Part shown: one piece after another, positions 50,501 to 61,622 of the stretch
How the letters are laid out: each line of letters begins with the position of its first letter
Position numbering within the stretch: the first letter of the stretch is position 1
Origin: Lepidodermella squamata
Taxonomy: Eukaryota; Animalia; Gastrotricha
Assembly (NCBI GenBank): GCA_047495785.1
Contig: JBLDXI010000004.1
Location: 1,364,001 to 1,428,000 of the forward strand
DNA: 64,000 bases
Reading direction: 5' to 3'
Notes under the pieces: model-generated
What the model saw: only the letters and a program-made list of their open reading frames with translations
What the model was told of the DNA's origin: nothing
The model's database searches: none
Translations under genes and position numbers: made by a program

Positions 50501-53500
50501 CAGCGATTTGACCACGAAGCAACGAATTCGCCCTCTTGGATCAGATAGGCGGTAGCCGTCCCTAATCTGTATTGAAATCCAACATAGTTCCACTGATTCA
50601 GCAACAGTTTTATCGGCGAAGTTAGCGTGAATGGCGATGTTGCACCTTTGCAAAGAGCGACAAGTTGAAGGTAGCCGGTCGAGGATGCCCTCAATCCCAC
50701 TGCAAAGGCTGTAGAATTCAACGCATCCGTCCAGCCCATCAACAATCCGCCAAAACTAGCCGGTTTGAAATGAAACAGGAGAGTGACTGACCGTAGATAG
50801 ACGGTGAAGCGGCTATTATCAGAGTTTACCCAGAGATAATCCATTTGAGAATTGAGCTTCAGCGCGCTAAATTAATAGAAAAAAAACAACTGCTATTTTG
50901 TCGACGCAAGTTTAGAATTACGTGTTACTGTAGCTGAGCACATTGTCGCACGTCGGGTTTCCAACCGCTCTGAAAGCACTGCTCGGTGTGATAAGATCAG
51001 CTAGGTTGCAGGCTAACGGATACAGCACAGCAGGCGTCGGGGCTGCAAATTTTGATTAAATTTGAGCCAAAGTGCCTTTGAGTAAGAACTCACGAGTCCA
51101 AGGAGCTTGGGCACTTTGATCAATCTCAGCGTTGTCCAAAGCCCGTTTGTATATCTGGATGTGCGATAGCCTCCCGGTCCATGCACCTCCCACCACGAGG
51201 TAAGCATTTACTTTGACTGCAGTCGATGTAAAGCAGCTGACCGCATAGATCCCACGCATGATGCGATCGATGAAAGCACGAGCAATACCCGCGCGGCAGT
51301 CGAATGTCACAGCGGTGTGAACCCAGCGATTTTTATCGATGATAACATAACCCTGGGTTTTAGGGAAACTCACCGAGTCGTTGCATGCCCGAGATTGATC
51401 CACTAGAAATGTCCCGGTATCGTTAATCCAAATTCGCATACACATACTAGGGAAAAGATAAATATCTTGTCAATAGACAAGCGTGGGATACTGTGAATTC
51501 ATCACCAACTCATTGAATTTAGTACCGAAAATCATTGAATTTTGTACCAAGTTTTTCCAATCAGTTTAATCGAAGTCACAAATTTAAAGACTCAGAGTCT
51601 AACCCGAACCCGAACCCTAACCCTAACTCTAACCTTAACAAGCTAAATAACGGAATAAACTCTTTAGGTATTGAATTAAATGAAATTTTGTGCCGCATAA
51701 AGATTTTCTCCAAAAGAGCCCATACTGTGGCTTACTTTCCTTGAGTTGAGCTGACCAAATTGAGAATGCCGCTCGTGTGCCAAACCCATGCTGAAAATGT
51801 CCAGCCATTGTTTTTGTCAGCAGCCAAATTATCCATCGGTAGAAACATTTTGCCGGAGCCTGACCACGCAAGGGCTGACAGAGCTCGCCCAGTAACGCCC
51901 AAGCCGAATGTCAGCCCGGTTGAGTAGACGCCGTTGTTGCCATTGCCGCTCAGATCGTCAGCTCGGCGCAAGATATCAAGAGGCCAGTAGCCATCTGGGA
52001 CGAGTGTGAAGGCCGGGTCGAGTTGCGGGGTAGTAATTTCTACAGATGTGATAGTTTTCGTCTCACCCAAATCAATTGTAACGTAAGACCGCTGGAAAGG
52101 ATCGCCACCACCTGATCGCAGCTTCGTGCAGTTTGTGAAACTTCTCTCCCGGATTACACGGTCGCCAGTCAAAACTGAGGCACCAGGCAGCCCAAGCAAG
52201 GCATCAGTCGCTAGATCATACGCTTTGGCTATAGGAGCTTTGAAGGCAATATTCGGTGTATACCTTGGGATAGTTCTACAGCCTAGCAGCTCGATTTTGT
52301 AACAAGGCTTCGTGCCAGAGAATGAAATCTGCTCAATCCTGAAGTATTGAGCAACAATCGGCCTCGGGAAGACAACCGTTGCGATGTTCAACGCGTCGAC
52401 ATTACCCGTTAAAGCAACTTGGCCATTATTGTCGTGCAGCTCAGCCCAGTTATCACTCGACCCAGCCTTGTAGCTCAAGGTGAACACTTGGACCCAAGAA
52501 TTAAGCATGGCACAGCCCTGAATTTGAACAGCAGTGACCACGGTCTGTTTCCTCAGATCGATTGTCAATGGCATGCTGTTAGCATACGCAGCCAAGCCCC
52601 AATTCAGCCGTGAGTAATACGGCTTTGCTACTGCAACAATTTCGGTCGAAAGTTGCGAGTCTTCAATTTCATTCGTTTCCATGCCCAGCGGCTCGAAGCA
52701 CTGAGCTGGAGAGCCCTTGACTGCCACTTTCGCTTTGCTTACAACACCCGTTCTATTCTCGAATGTGTTTGTAAATCTGACATGCTTTGTAAGAACTGGT
52801 CGGAAAGGCGTGAAAATCGTAGTTTTGCCGCTGATAGGATTCCAGAATCTGTTCTCACCGTGGCCATTATCAATCGATTGAAAGGCCAAACCATCAAAAC
52901 TCCACTCTAATTTCACCTTTAGTAAACAGTCGAACCTGCAGTAAAACTGGAATTCCGTCATCCAAACGAAGCGCTGGAGATCGATTTTAAACCAAGTACC
53001 AACGGGAGGATTGTTGGCGAACCCGAAATAATGCGGATGATTTTCGTAGAGATGGCCAAGCGGCGGCTTCTCGTCGCTAAAAGCAGAGCTCGAAGAGTAA
53101 CCCAAATCGGTTACGTAAGAATTATCAATGTCAACAATTTCACCGCCTGAAACTTGCAGCAACAAGCTAGGAGCTGTCCACGCTGACTTTAGTATTGCAT
53201 CCCATGTTGCTGTTAAAGCGCAAGATCTCGTCGATGAGCACTGGCGCGATTTCTTCATCAGACCCTGCGATGCCACTGAGAATGATGTTGCGTCTTCATT
53301 TGCTACGACCTGGGCAATTGCCGAGCCAGGCAAATCAAAGCTCCATAGGTCGCAGGTTTGGTTAGTCGCCGTGAATTGACCAGACCTGCAGAGATCGTTC
53401 GAATTACACGAAGCCATACAGGTTACGGCTGATTGAACAGAGCTTAGATTTCCAACAAGGTGGATCGAGAGGTTGTAGCCGGCCTTAACTGGGCCGAAGG

Positions 53501-53579
53501 CCATTCCGGGGTAGATGTTGTAGTGATAACCACCAGCAGCAACGCTGTGGCATAGCGCTGCCGTTAGAAGGAAAATCAT
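47592..53579 (-). CDS. Large secreted multi-lectin: PAN/Apple, 2x F5/8C, 3x LamG-like, 2x F5/8C, fucolectin-like tail (~8 exons, ~1,700 aa)
   Basis: Signal MIFLLTAALCHSVAA; PAN C.xxC..C.S..F....CDL; discoidin motifs CFEPLGME..IEDSQL, TIDLRKQTVVTAVQIQG, KIELLGC, LTLDFGEQKIVTSIATSG; LamG YWPLD..DLSGNGNNG..WTFSAW..WVHTAVTF..IYKRAL; C.P..GRYV.V....L..VE and NYALFK.V (F-type lectin-like); no TM segment seen. Confidence 0.82.
51485..51711. mobile_element. Third copy of the telomere-repeat MITE, in intron 1 of the multi-lectin gene
   Basis: gggata.tgtgaattcatcaccaa ... (aacccg/aaccct)n ... taggtattgaatta.atgaaattt..taagatttt. Confidence 0.7.
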
Positions 53580-54999
53580 AGATTTTATATTATTTTGATA
53601 ATGTAATCAGAGAGCAAACCCGACTCAACATTGATTTTTTCACAATTTTTGTGCGTGATGTTATTTTTCTGAACTCAGTTGAAGGCATTGTAGGTATTAA
53701 TTGGATACAGCTTTCACACTGCTTCGCATCAACACATTCTTGTAGACATCTGAAATTCTACGGCGTAGAAATAAATAATTTAGTGGCCAAAAAGCTTGCA
53801 CACGTTTTCTCGCTGCTAAGGTAAAGTTTTTATGAAAAAATCAAGCGTTCACCGATTGATTTAATTCCGTTTTCTCAGCTTGACGATGACCGAAATTTGT
53901 CAAAGGTAACAACGAAAATGCATTCGGATATCAATCCAAGTTTAAGTCTTCAGAGTTCTTTCAGTTTGGCTGCGATTCCCAACTACAAATTGTGTAATTT
54001 CAACTGATCGCGGCATTTTCGTCACTACTTTTTTCGCCCCTTCCCATTTAAACGATAATTTCTTGAAAGTTTACCGAAGACTGTCTACTGTTGAAAATCG
54101 CTTAACATTATTCCCCATGGTTACCAAAAATAATAACAATAATAATAATAATGGTTTTATTTAGTCCTCCTCTCGATTAAGCATCTATACCGTAAAAACG
54201 GTTTTGAGGAGGGCGAAGGCAGGCGATAGATGGAAATCACCCACCCCCACAGTTGAAGATTCTACTTTTTCCAAAAAATTCATAATCATTCATTGAGTCA
54301 ACAATGTTGCGCCATTCGATTTTATCAAAAGATAGTAATTCAGTCAATTGCAGATCAGGAATAATTTTAATTTCAAATTTATTTTCTTTTATACCAAAAA
54401 TATGGGAGGCAAAACAATATTGAGAGTCGTACTTTAGTACTGATTGAATGGAAAAAGTCTGTTAGAAATTAGCTGGCATAGTCTCCTTGCAGCTGAGATA
54501 AGATAAATATTGATCGATACATGCAATTTATACATGTAATGCCGCCTATTGTAGGGGAGAAAATGGACTAAATAGCGAGTTTGATATGCTTCATTTTATT
54601 CCATTCACCTTAGAAGAGCTCGTAATAAATAATATTGTTTATCATGAACTCAAAAACTGTCTTTTGTCTGCGGTCATGAAACCAAAACACCGTTTTGCTT
54701 TGCGACCTGAATTTTCGCCTTACACCGCAAATGAACTTTGACCATGAGACGGGCTATCGTTAAAAAATCGTAATTTTTGGCGATAACTTTGGATTATCCA
54801 GGCAAGAGGCTACTGTTTATATCCGGAACAAAAGCGTGCGGCGCGTCAACACCTAAAATTAGAAATTAATTGTCTGTCACCGTTTATCGAAAAAAATCGA
54901 CCTAATATCTAGTTCATTTCATTTATTCATTCATTTAATTAATTTCAATTTATCAGTGATATTTCCTTAGTTGAAATTGTGCATTATTATTATTGACGA

Positions 55000-55246
55000 A
55001 TGAATCATACCTGTAATTTGTTTATGATTTGCGTTGTGATCGTTGGGCTAGCAAACAGCAGCAAGCCGTTGAATTGGGCGCGATGCTTCTCTTAGCTAAG
55101 CAACAGATACACGTCTTGCGCACCGGCTTCTGATGCCTGTAATCCACTCACTGAATATTCGGTACGTCAAATTTTTGAAAAATAATTGTTCATCCATTTA
55201 TACTATGATCTCTGTTTTATTTGTATCACTTCGACAGTTGGGTCTA
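55000..55246 (+). pseudogene. Relic of exon 1 (and the start of exon 2) of the gene C/E type
   Basis: MNHTCNLFMICVVIVGLANSSKPLNWARCFS*LSNRYTSCAPASDACNPLTEYS|LG; in-frame stop, then unrelated sequence. Confidence 0.75.
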
Positions 55247-56039
55247 ATTGATCTAATTACGATCTAAACGATAATCAGAACCTGCTAGAGTCCCCATTTT
55301 TTAGGATTCGTTTGGTAACGTCGATATTTTCATATCCGTGCAAAAATCGTAATCCGTTACGATAATCCCGTAAAAAATCCTGATCCATTACTCAATCCAT
55401 ACTTTGGGTATTCACTGCTCAATTACTTACATCTTGTAACAAGTGATATCGTATAGCACCAAGTATATAATCAATGCAAATGATGTTTCAATGCAAATTA
55501 TTCACAAACTAGTAGTCAAGTCAGAGTTAATCGTCATCATATCTCATAAGCGGAGGTGGAGCAGTGCATCATCCAAGCTTTGGCTGCCATTTAGAAGCAA
55601 CTCCAAAGTTAACGCCTTTGAACCGCTTTAAAAACGACGAAAAACAAAACTCTAAACCGGACTTTTTAACCTTTCCACGTCTAAAAATCGCTCCGATTTA
55701 CGAGAAATCCGGTTTACAGAGTCCGGTTTAGACGACAAATTAAATGTAAGTTCATACTTTCGGCAAGAGCCACTGAAATCCGTCTGGTTTAGAGAAATTC
55801 CGGTTGAGACGACTCTGGTTTACACAACTTTACTGTATACCGTATATGACTCGATGATGTCGCAAAACACTTTTATTTTTATAAAACACGAGCCTGCTGT
55901 GAGACAATGTTTTTTACTTACAAGGCGATGGGTTTTTTTTAAATAACAGGGAATTTGTGAGGGCCAACAAATCGGGATGGTGGATATCCTATGCGTGCAG
56001 AAGTTCAGAAATTCTACCCGAGTGTTAAAGTAGGCGATT

Positions 56040-58397
56040 TCAACACGTTAATTTTGCCCTAGCTCCTCGTGAAATCAGCAAATCTGCCACATATGTCCTT
56101 TTCAGACATATAGCGTAATCTAGAGCATTATAGCCTTTCGCATTTATAATATTCACATTTGCACCTCTATCCAGCAGCAGCCGAGCAACATCGGCCCAGC
56201 CCCGCATAGCCGCGTTTATCAACGCCGTGTCGCCTTCATTACTTATGGCATCGATGGCTGCTTTGCGATCGAGCAACAGTCGAACCACTTCCATTTTTCC
56301 TTTCCAAGCAGCAAAAATAAGCGCCGTGTTGTTAACATTATCTGTTTCGTCGATGGAAGCGTTGCGATCCAGTAACAGCCGCACCGTTTCGACATGTCCA
56401 TACTTAGCCGCATATATCAAAGCTGTCGAGCCATTGTTATCTTTAGCCTCGATAGAGGCGTGGCGATCCAAAAGCAGTCTAACGGTATCGATATGCCCAT
56501 TGGCAGCCGTCTCCATCAACGCCGTCGTGCCATTTTTGGACTTGACGTCAATGGATGCGTTGCGATCGAGCAACAGTCGTACAGCCTCAACCTTGCCTTC
56601 TATAGCCGCTAGAATCAACGCCCTGTGCCCATTATGATCCGTGGCCTCTATGTCAGCTTTGCGATCCAGCAACAGCCTAATCATTTCAACGTTTCCTTTA
56701 AGTGCGGCGTGCATCAGCGCAGTGTCGCCAATGTCAGTCTTGGCTTCTATAGCAGCTTTGCGATCTAATAAGAGTCGCACGGCTTCGACTTCCCCCAAAA
56801 TAGCCGCTAGAATCAAAGCTGTGGCACCGTAGTTACTCCTGGCCTCTAAAGCAGCGTTCCTATCCAATAACAGCCGAACTACTTCGACATCCCCACGTGC
56901 AGCGGCACTCATCAACGCCGTCCAGTCTTCGTTATCCTTGGCGTCAATGGAAGCGTTGCGATCGAGTAGCAGTCGTACAGCCTCGATCGAGTTAATAAAA
57001 GCCGCACGCCTCAGCGCTGTTTGGCCATCGTTGTCCTTTGCGTCAATGGAAGCGTTGCGATCGAGCAACAGTCGTACAGCTTCGACCTGGTTGAAAACAG
57101 CCGCCCAAATCAATGCTGTCGTGCCATTTTTATCTTTGGCCTCCACGTCAGCTTTGCGATCCAGCAACAGTCGTACAGCCTCGACCTGGTTTAAAACAGC
57201 CGCCCAAATCAATGCTGTCGTGCCATTTTTATCTTTGGCCTCCACGTCAGCTTTGCGATCCAGCAACAGCCTAATCATTTCAACGTTTCCCTGCTGCGCG
57301 GCGTATATCAGTGCAGTCTTGCCATTGTTACTCTTGGCTTCCATAGCAGCTTTGCGATCCGATAATAGTCGCACGGCTTCTATTTTCCCTAACCAAGCCG
57401 CTTTAATCAACGCTGTGAAACCTTCGTTATTCCTGGCCTCGATAGAAGCGTTGCGATCCAATAACAGTCGGACTGCTTCGATTCGCCCACTTGAAGCTAC
57501 GTGCATCAATGCCGTCTCGCCTACATCGTCTTTGGCCTCGATGGCGGCCTTGCGATCTAGCAACAATCGAATTAAATCGACTGGCGCCAATAAGGCCCCA
57601 ATCATCAAAGCCGTCATGCCCTGGTTGTCCTTGGCCTCTAAATCAGCGTTTCGATCCAGCAACATTCGTACTGCTTCGATTTTTCCCCTGGAAGTCGCAA
57701 AAACCAAAGGCGTCCAGCCAGTAAAATTATCCTTAGCCTCAATCTGAGCGTTGCGATCCAATAGCAGTCGTACAGTTCCAACTTCCCCCGCCAGTGCTGC
57801 AGAAGTCAATGCCGTCACGCCCAATTCAAACGTGGCCTCGATGGCAGCGTGGCGATCCAGTAACAGCCGAACAACTTCGACATGCCCATTGCCAGCCGCA
57901 ATCATCAACGCCGTTAAGCCACCGGTACCCGTTGCGTCGATCGAAGCATTCCGATCTAAAAACAAGCGAGCCACTTCGACTCGTCCATGCCTAGCCGCAA
58001 ACATTAACGGCGTCCTGCCTTCGTCACTCTTTGCCTCGATCGAAGCGTTACGGTCCAGCAACAATTGAACTGATTCTAAATCTCCACAACTAGCAGCATG
58101 CATTAACGACGTCCTGCCGTTGAAACCTTCCAGGGCATTCACATCAGCACCGCGGTCGAGAAACAACCGAGCAATTTCCACTCGCTGCCCCGGTTTCTGA
58201 TTGATACACACCCAAATACTATGAAGCAGGGTGCCATTCTTAGTATTCCAATTATCGCAGGTATATAAATTGGGATTGCGCCAGTTCGGATCGAACTTGC
58301 CGCCAGTGGAGTCGTCGATCTCCGCCACAAGTTGCCGCACCTGCTCTACATCGCCTGTCCCAGTTACACTCCATAGCACCCCATACACTTCACGGAT
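56040..58397 (-). CDS. Intronless exon encoding ~21-23 ankyrin repeats; predicted last exon of the protease gene
   Basis: 33-aa periodic GxTALxxAAxxGxxExVRLLLDRxAxIxAxD; no ATG near its start; preceded by acceptor ctttctttag. Confidence 0.92.
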   Translation of the reverse strand: MREVYGVLWSVTGTGDVEQVRQLVAEIDDSTGGKFDPNWRNPNLYTCDNWNTKNGTLLHSIWVCINQKPGQRVEIARLFLDRGADVNALEGFNGRTSLMHAASCGDLESVQLLLDRNASIEAKSDEGRTPLMFAARHGRVEVARLFLDRNASIDATGTGGLTALMIAAGNGHVEVVRLLLDRHAAIEATFELGVTALTSAALAGEVGTVRLLLDRNAQIEAKDNFTGWTPLVFATSRGKIEAVRMLLDRNADLEAKDNQGMTALMIGALLAPVDLIRLLLDRKAAIEAKDDVGETALMHVASSGRIEAVRLLLDRNASIEARNNEGFTALIKAAWLGKIEAVRLLSDRKAAMEAKSNNGKTALIYAAQQGNVEMIRLLLDRKADVEAKDKNGTTALIWAAVLNQVEAVRLLLDRKADVEAKDKNGTTALIWAAVFNQVEAVRLLLDRNASIDAKDNDGQTALRRAAFINSIEAVRLLLDRNASIDAKDNEDWTALMSAAARGDVEVVRLLLDRNAALEARSNYGATALILAAILGEVEAVRLLLDRKAAIEAKTDIGDTALMHAALKGNVEMIRLLLDRKADIEATDHNGHRALILAAIEGKVEAVRLLLDRNASIDVKSKNGTTALMETAANGHIDTVRLLLDRHASIEAKDNNGSTALIYAAKYGHVETVRLLLDRNASIDETDNVNNTALIFAAWKGKMEVVRLLLDRKAAIDAISNEGDTALINAAMRGWADVARLLLDRGANVNIINAKGYNALDYAICLKRTYVADLLISRGARAKLTC

Positions 58398-61300
58398 CTA
58401 AAGAAAGATTGCTGGGAGATTCCTCGAACTGCTGCATTGCCTTGTGAAACTCACAGGTCTTTGCTTTGCTGACACGCAAGAACCAGGCAGGGACCATGTG
58501 AAGTTCGATAGGCACGTTATGGAAGCATTTCCACGAATCACAAAATCTTGGTTGCATGATATGCTTCGAATAGCCCCGACGCTCGAAAGGCCTGGAGCTA
58601 CGGCGCCGTTTTTCAACGTCTGAACAGCACCGCAGCCTTTAGGGCAAGCAATACAGATGGCGAGTGAAATCATGTATTCACTTACCTGTACGGTTACACC
58701 TTCCATTTATCCCTGGACGGAATGGAGGAAAGCAAGAGGCAGTTGAGACAGATGCGGAGTACGTGAAACCAGGGTTGCATTTGACGCTCACCACCCCTCC
58801 TCGTTCCAGTATCGTTCCAGGTCTTAGAACTACATCAGTATCTTCCGAAGTTTCCGGGTCCACTCGGGTGACAATTCCCGATGTTATGTTTGGTATGACA
58901 CAAGACTGCTCGGGAGGGCTCGTCTGGCTGCGACCATCTATGTTCTCTGAAATCCAATCGAGAACCTTGCAGACTCTGCTGTAGATGCCAGGCGTGCGTC
59001 CATCGCATGACTCATCGCCGTTTGAAATAATGCCTAGAAGGTAAATTTTCCTCGACATCAAGCACATGAGAGGGCCCCCAGAATCTCCAACACAAACGTT
59101 GCTGCCGTCAGAGGCTAAACACATTTTCGAATCGATCATGGTGACTGGATTCGAGCGGCCTCGGGAATACTCCATTGAACAATTCCGGTACGATCGAACT
59201 TGAAGATTCAGCTTCCTCGGGATCTCAGATATTCTGGCTGAAAAACATAAATGCTCTATAACGATGTGCAACATAGCTAGCCTGTAAACACCATATAGAA
59301 AAACAATATTTATCTGCTGCTTAGCTAACTTTCTAAAATTTCAAAAATTCTCTCTTGGATGAAAATCAGCTGATGAATTTATTTCTAATTAAAGCGCTAA
59401 TCTCCATTTTTTCATAAAAATTTATTCTTGTTGTTGGCTTCATTGTTGGCTGCTGAACAATTTCGATAAACGTGATTCCAATTCCAAATCAAATCAAATT
59501 TCAAACTAGGCTAAATACCTCCATCCAAGATTGAGGATTTATCCACAAATTTTCAATTCGAAGCATTTTCATCGCAATTCAAACCATTGATTCCGCAAAA
59601 AAGCGAAAACTAAAGCTCGCTTCGCTCGCGGTGTTGTAATTATTTGTTTTGTAGCAGTCCCGCCCCAAAACTATCATCGAATTCGTCTACTTCGCTCGAT
59701 TCGCTGTATCTTCTAGCTTTCACTGTCACAAGCGATGCCGTGTTGCGACTTCTGGACCCCAATGCTGCCCGAGCTCTCTCGGATTTCATGGAAAGCTGGC
59801 CGATTGTTTCTTGATTTCCGCGACATGCTGGACGAATTCTGCCCAAATTTCCCCAATTTCTGGACGAATTCTGCCCGATTTTCCCGAGCTCGTGGCTAAG
59901 TACTGTTCGATTGGGGTGAATGCTGCCCGATTCGATATCTGGCGTGTGCAATTTCTCCCAAAATTATGCCACATTTTTCTTGATTCTTAATAAAATCGTT
60001 TGGAGTGTTGCTTGAACTTTTTTGGGGTTTCTCTTGTGTGTTTGACAAGTGGGGTTTTTAGTGATATTTTCTGGACAAGCAGGGATTTTCTGATATGAGA
60101 ATATCAAAAAATATTCTCCATCTATCAAAAAATGCCTGTTTGGAAAATATCTAAAAATCCCTGCTTGGAAGAAGGTATTATCAGTTTATATTTCGGCCAT
60201 TAAGAAATACCCCTTTTATGGCCTATTTTTATGGCCTGAACCGGCATAACTTTATAATGAAAGATTTATGGCGATCCGAGTTGTCAATTTTTTAATGTAA
60301 TTTTTTAAAATATGAAAAAAGTCGGCAGGTTTTACTAGCATTTTTGGTAGTCAGATGAAATAAGACATTGGTCGGATTAAACAAGTTGTCCTCCAAGTAG
60401 CTTATGATATGAGAATATCAAAAAATGTTCTCCATCTATCAAAAAATGCCCGTTTGGAAAATATCTAAAAATCCCTGCTTGGAAGAAGGTATTATCAGTT
60501 TATATTTCGGCCATTAGGAAGGCAAATTTTACGATACGATCCGGATTTTACTAATTATAGCCCTTTTCGGTGGATTTTAAAATACTATTCGTATTTTGAA
60601 ATTAAATAAAATTATATTGGTGGGCGGATAGCAAGTGGTCGCGTGCCGCAATTAGGCTCGAAAATATTTACTGTGAAAAGATTGTTAGTTTCCTATTTGT
60701 TACAGTGTTTTCTAAGGCTATTAGTTATTACCTATTTCCTGTATACGAGAATAACGTACTGCGAGAAAAATGGCCCCAGCCAACTGCTACCGCCGAATCA
60801 CATCCGTCAATTGAATCCGCTGTGAACGAGTTGGACCTGCACATTGCAGTCGCGTCAGGTAAACAAATCGGTCGTATCTGCTGTGTGAATCTAGGAATCG
60901 GGCTCGTCAACCGTAAGAGAGCGAAATCAAAGTCGTAGAAATTCCGACTTCCGTTGTATAGCGGATGAACTAAAGGCGGCAGAGACACAAGAGACTCGCG
61001 AGAGGCTGTTTCCGACCGAATGCTGATATTATGCCGACCTAGAGACACTTTGATCCTTTTCAAACAAAGAATAGCAAATAATGTAGAAGAGGAATGTGAT
61101 TAAAAAACCTACAAAACGGGCGCATTTCTGGTTTTCCAAACGCAATGAGCAGCTGTAATGAGCCATTCCCTCGAAATGAGAGAAGCTCCGCAATATGAGG
61201 CTGATGTTTCGCGGCTGAAATAAATCTCCAATGAGACCTTAGAAGAACAAGATTTTTCAGGTTAATTGTATGGGAAAATAATTGCACTCAGGCAAACCAG

Positions 61301-61450
61301 CCACGGGTATTCATTTGGTTCTGTCGGGTGACTGCCTGGGTCGCTTGATTTCGCAATTGCCGTAGAGATTACAGTACCGCATCCGAGATCTTGAGCGATT
61401 GCAACGCCGGAAATCAGCACAAGGAAGGTGATAGCTTCATGAAGGCGCAT
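56040..61450 (-). CDS. Secreted S1 serine protease, 2x Sushi/CCP, ankyrin-array fusion (6 exons, ~1,200 aa); the protease-Sushi part alone spans 58398-61450
   Basis: Signal MRLHEAITFLVLISGVAIA; TAAHC, DFALL, GDSGGP; Sushi CVIP..CNPGF..C..G.C and C..NG..CNQDF.I.G...TC....WS....C; 57-nt gtgagt..ctttag intron (58398-58454) joins QRP to IREVYG in phase 0. Confidence 0.72.
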
Positions 61451-61599
61451 TTCGAGTAACGCTAGTTTACACCATGCAACAAAACTTGATGAAAGTATCC
61501 TCTTTCGTGATGAAGAACATCTGATGCTTGCGTTCGAGTATTTTCATTTTATTAGTGTTTTTCTCACTTGCTTCTCGATGTAATAATATAAACAAGATA

Positions 61600-61622
61600 T
61601 TACAGATAAAAGCGTGTTAACG
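61600..61622 (-). promoter_or_regulatory. 23-bp GATA-containing element, identical upstream of both protease genes (second copy 62923-62945)
   Basis: cgttaacacgcttttatctgtaa lies ~130-170 bp upstream of each ATG, in otherwise diverged sequence. Confidence 0.5.

Noticed and set aside
56227-58068. Long repetitive plus-strand ORFs (ASMEALRSSNSRT)
   Set aside because: Antisense shadows of the ankyrin exon
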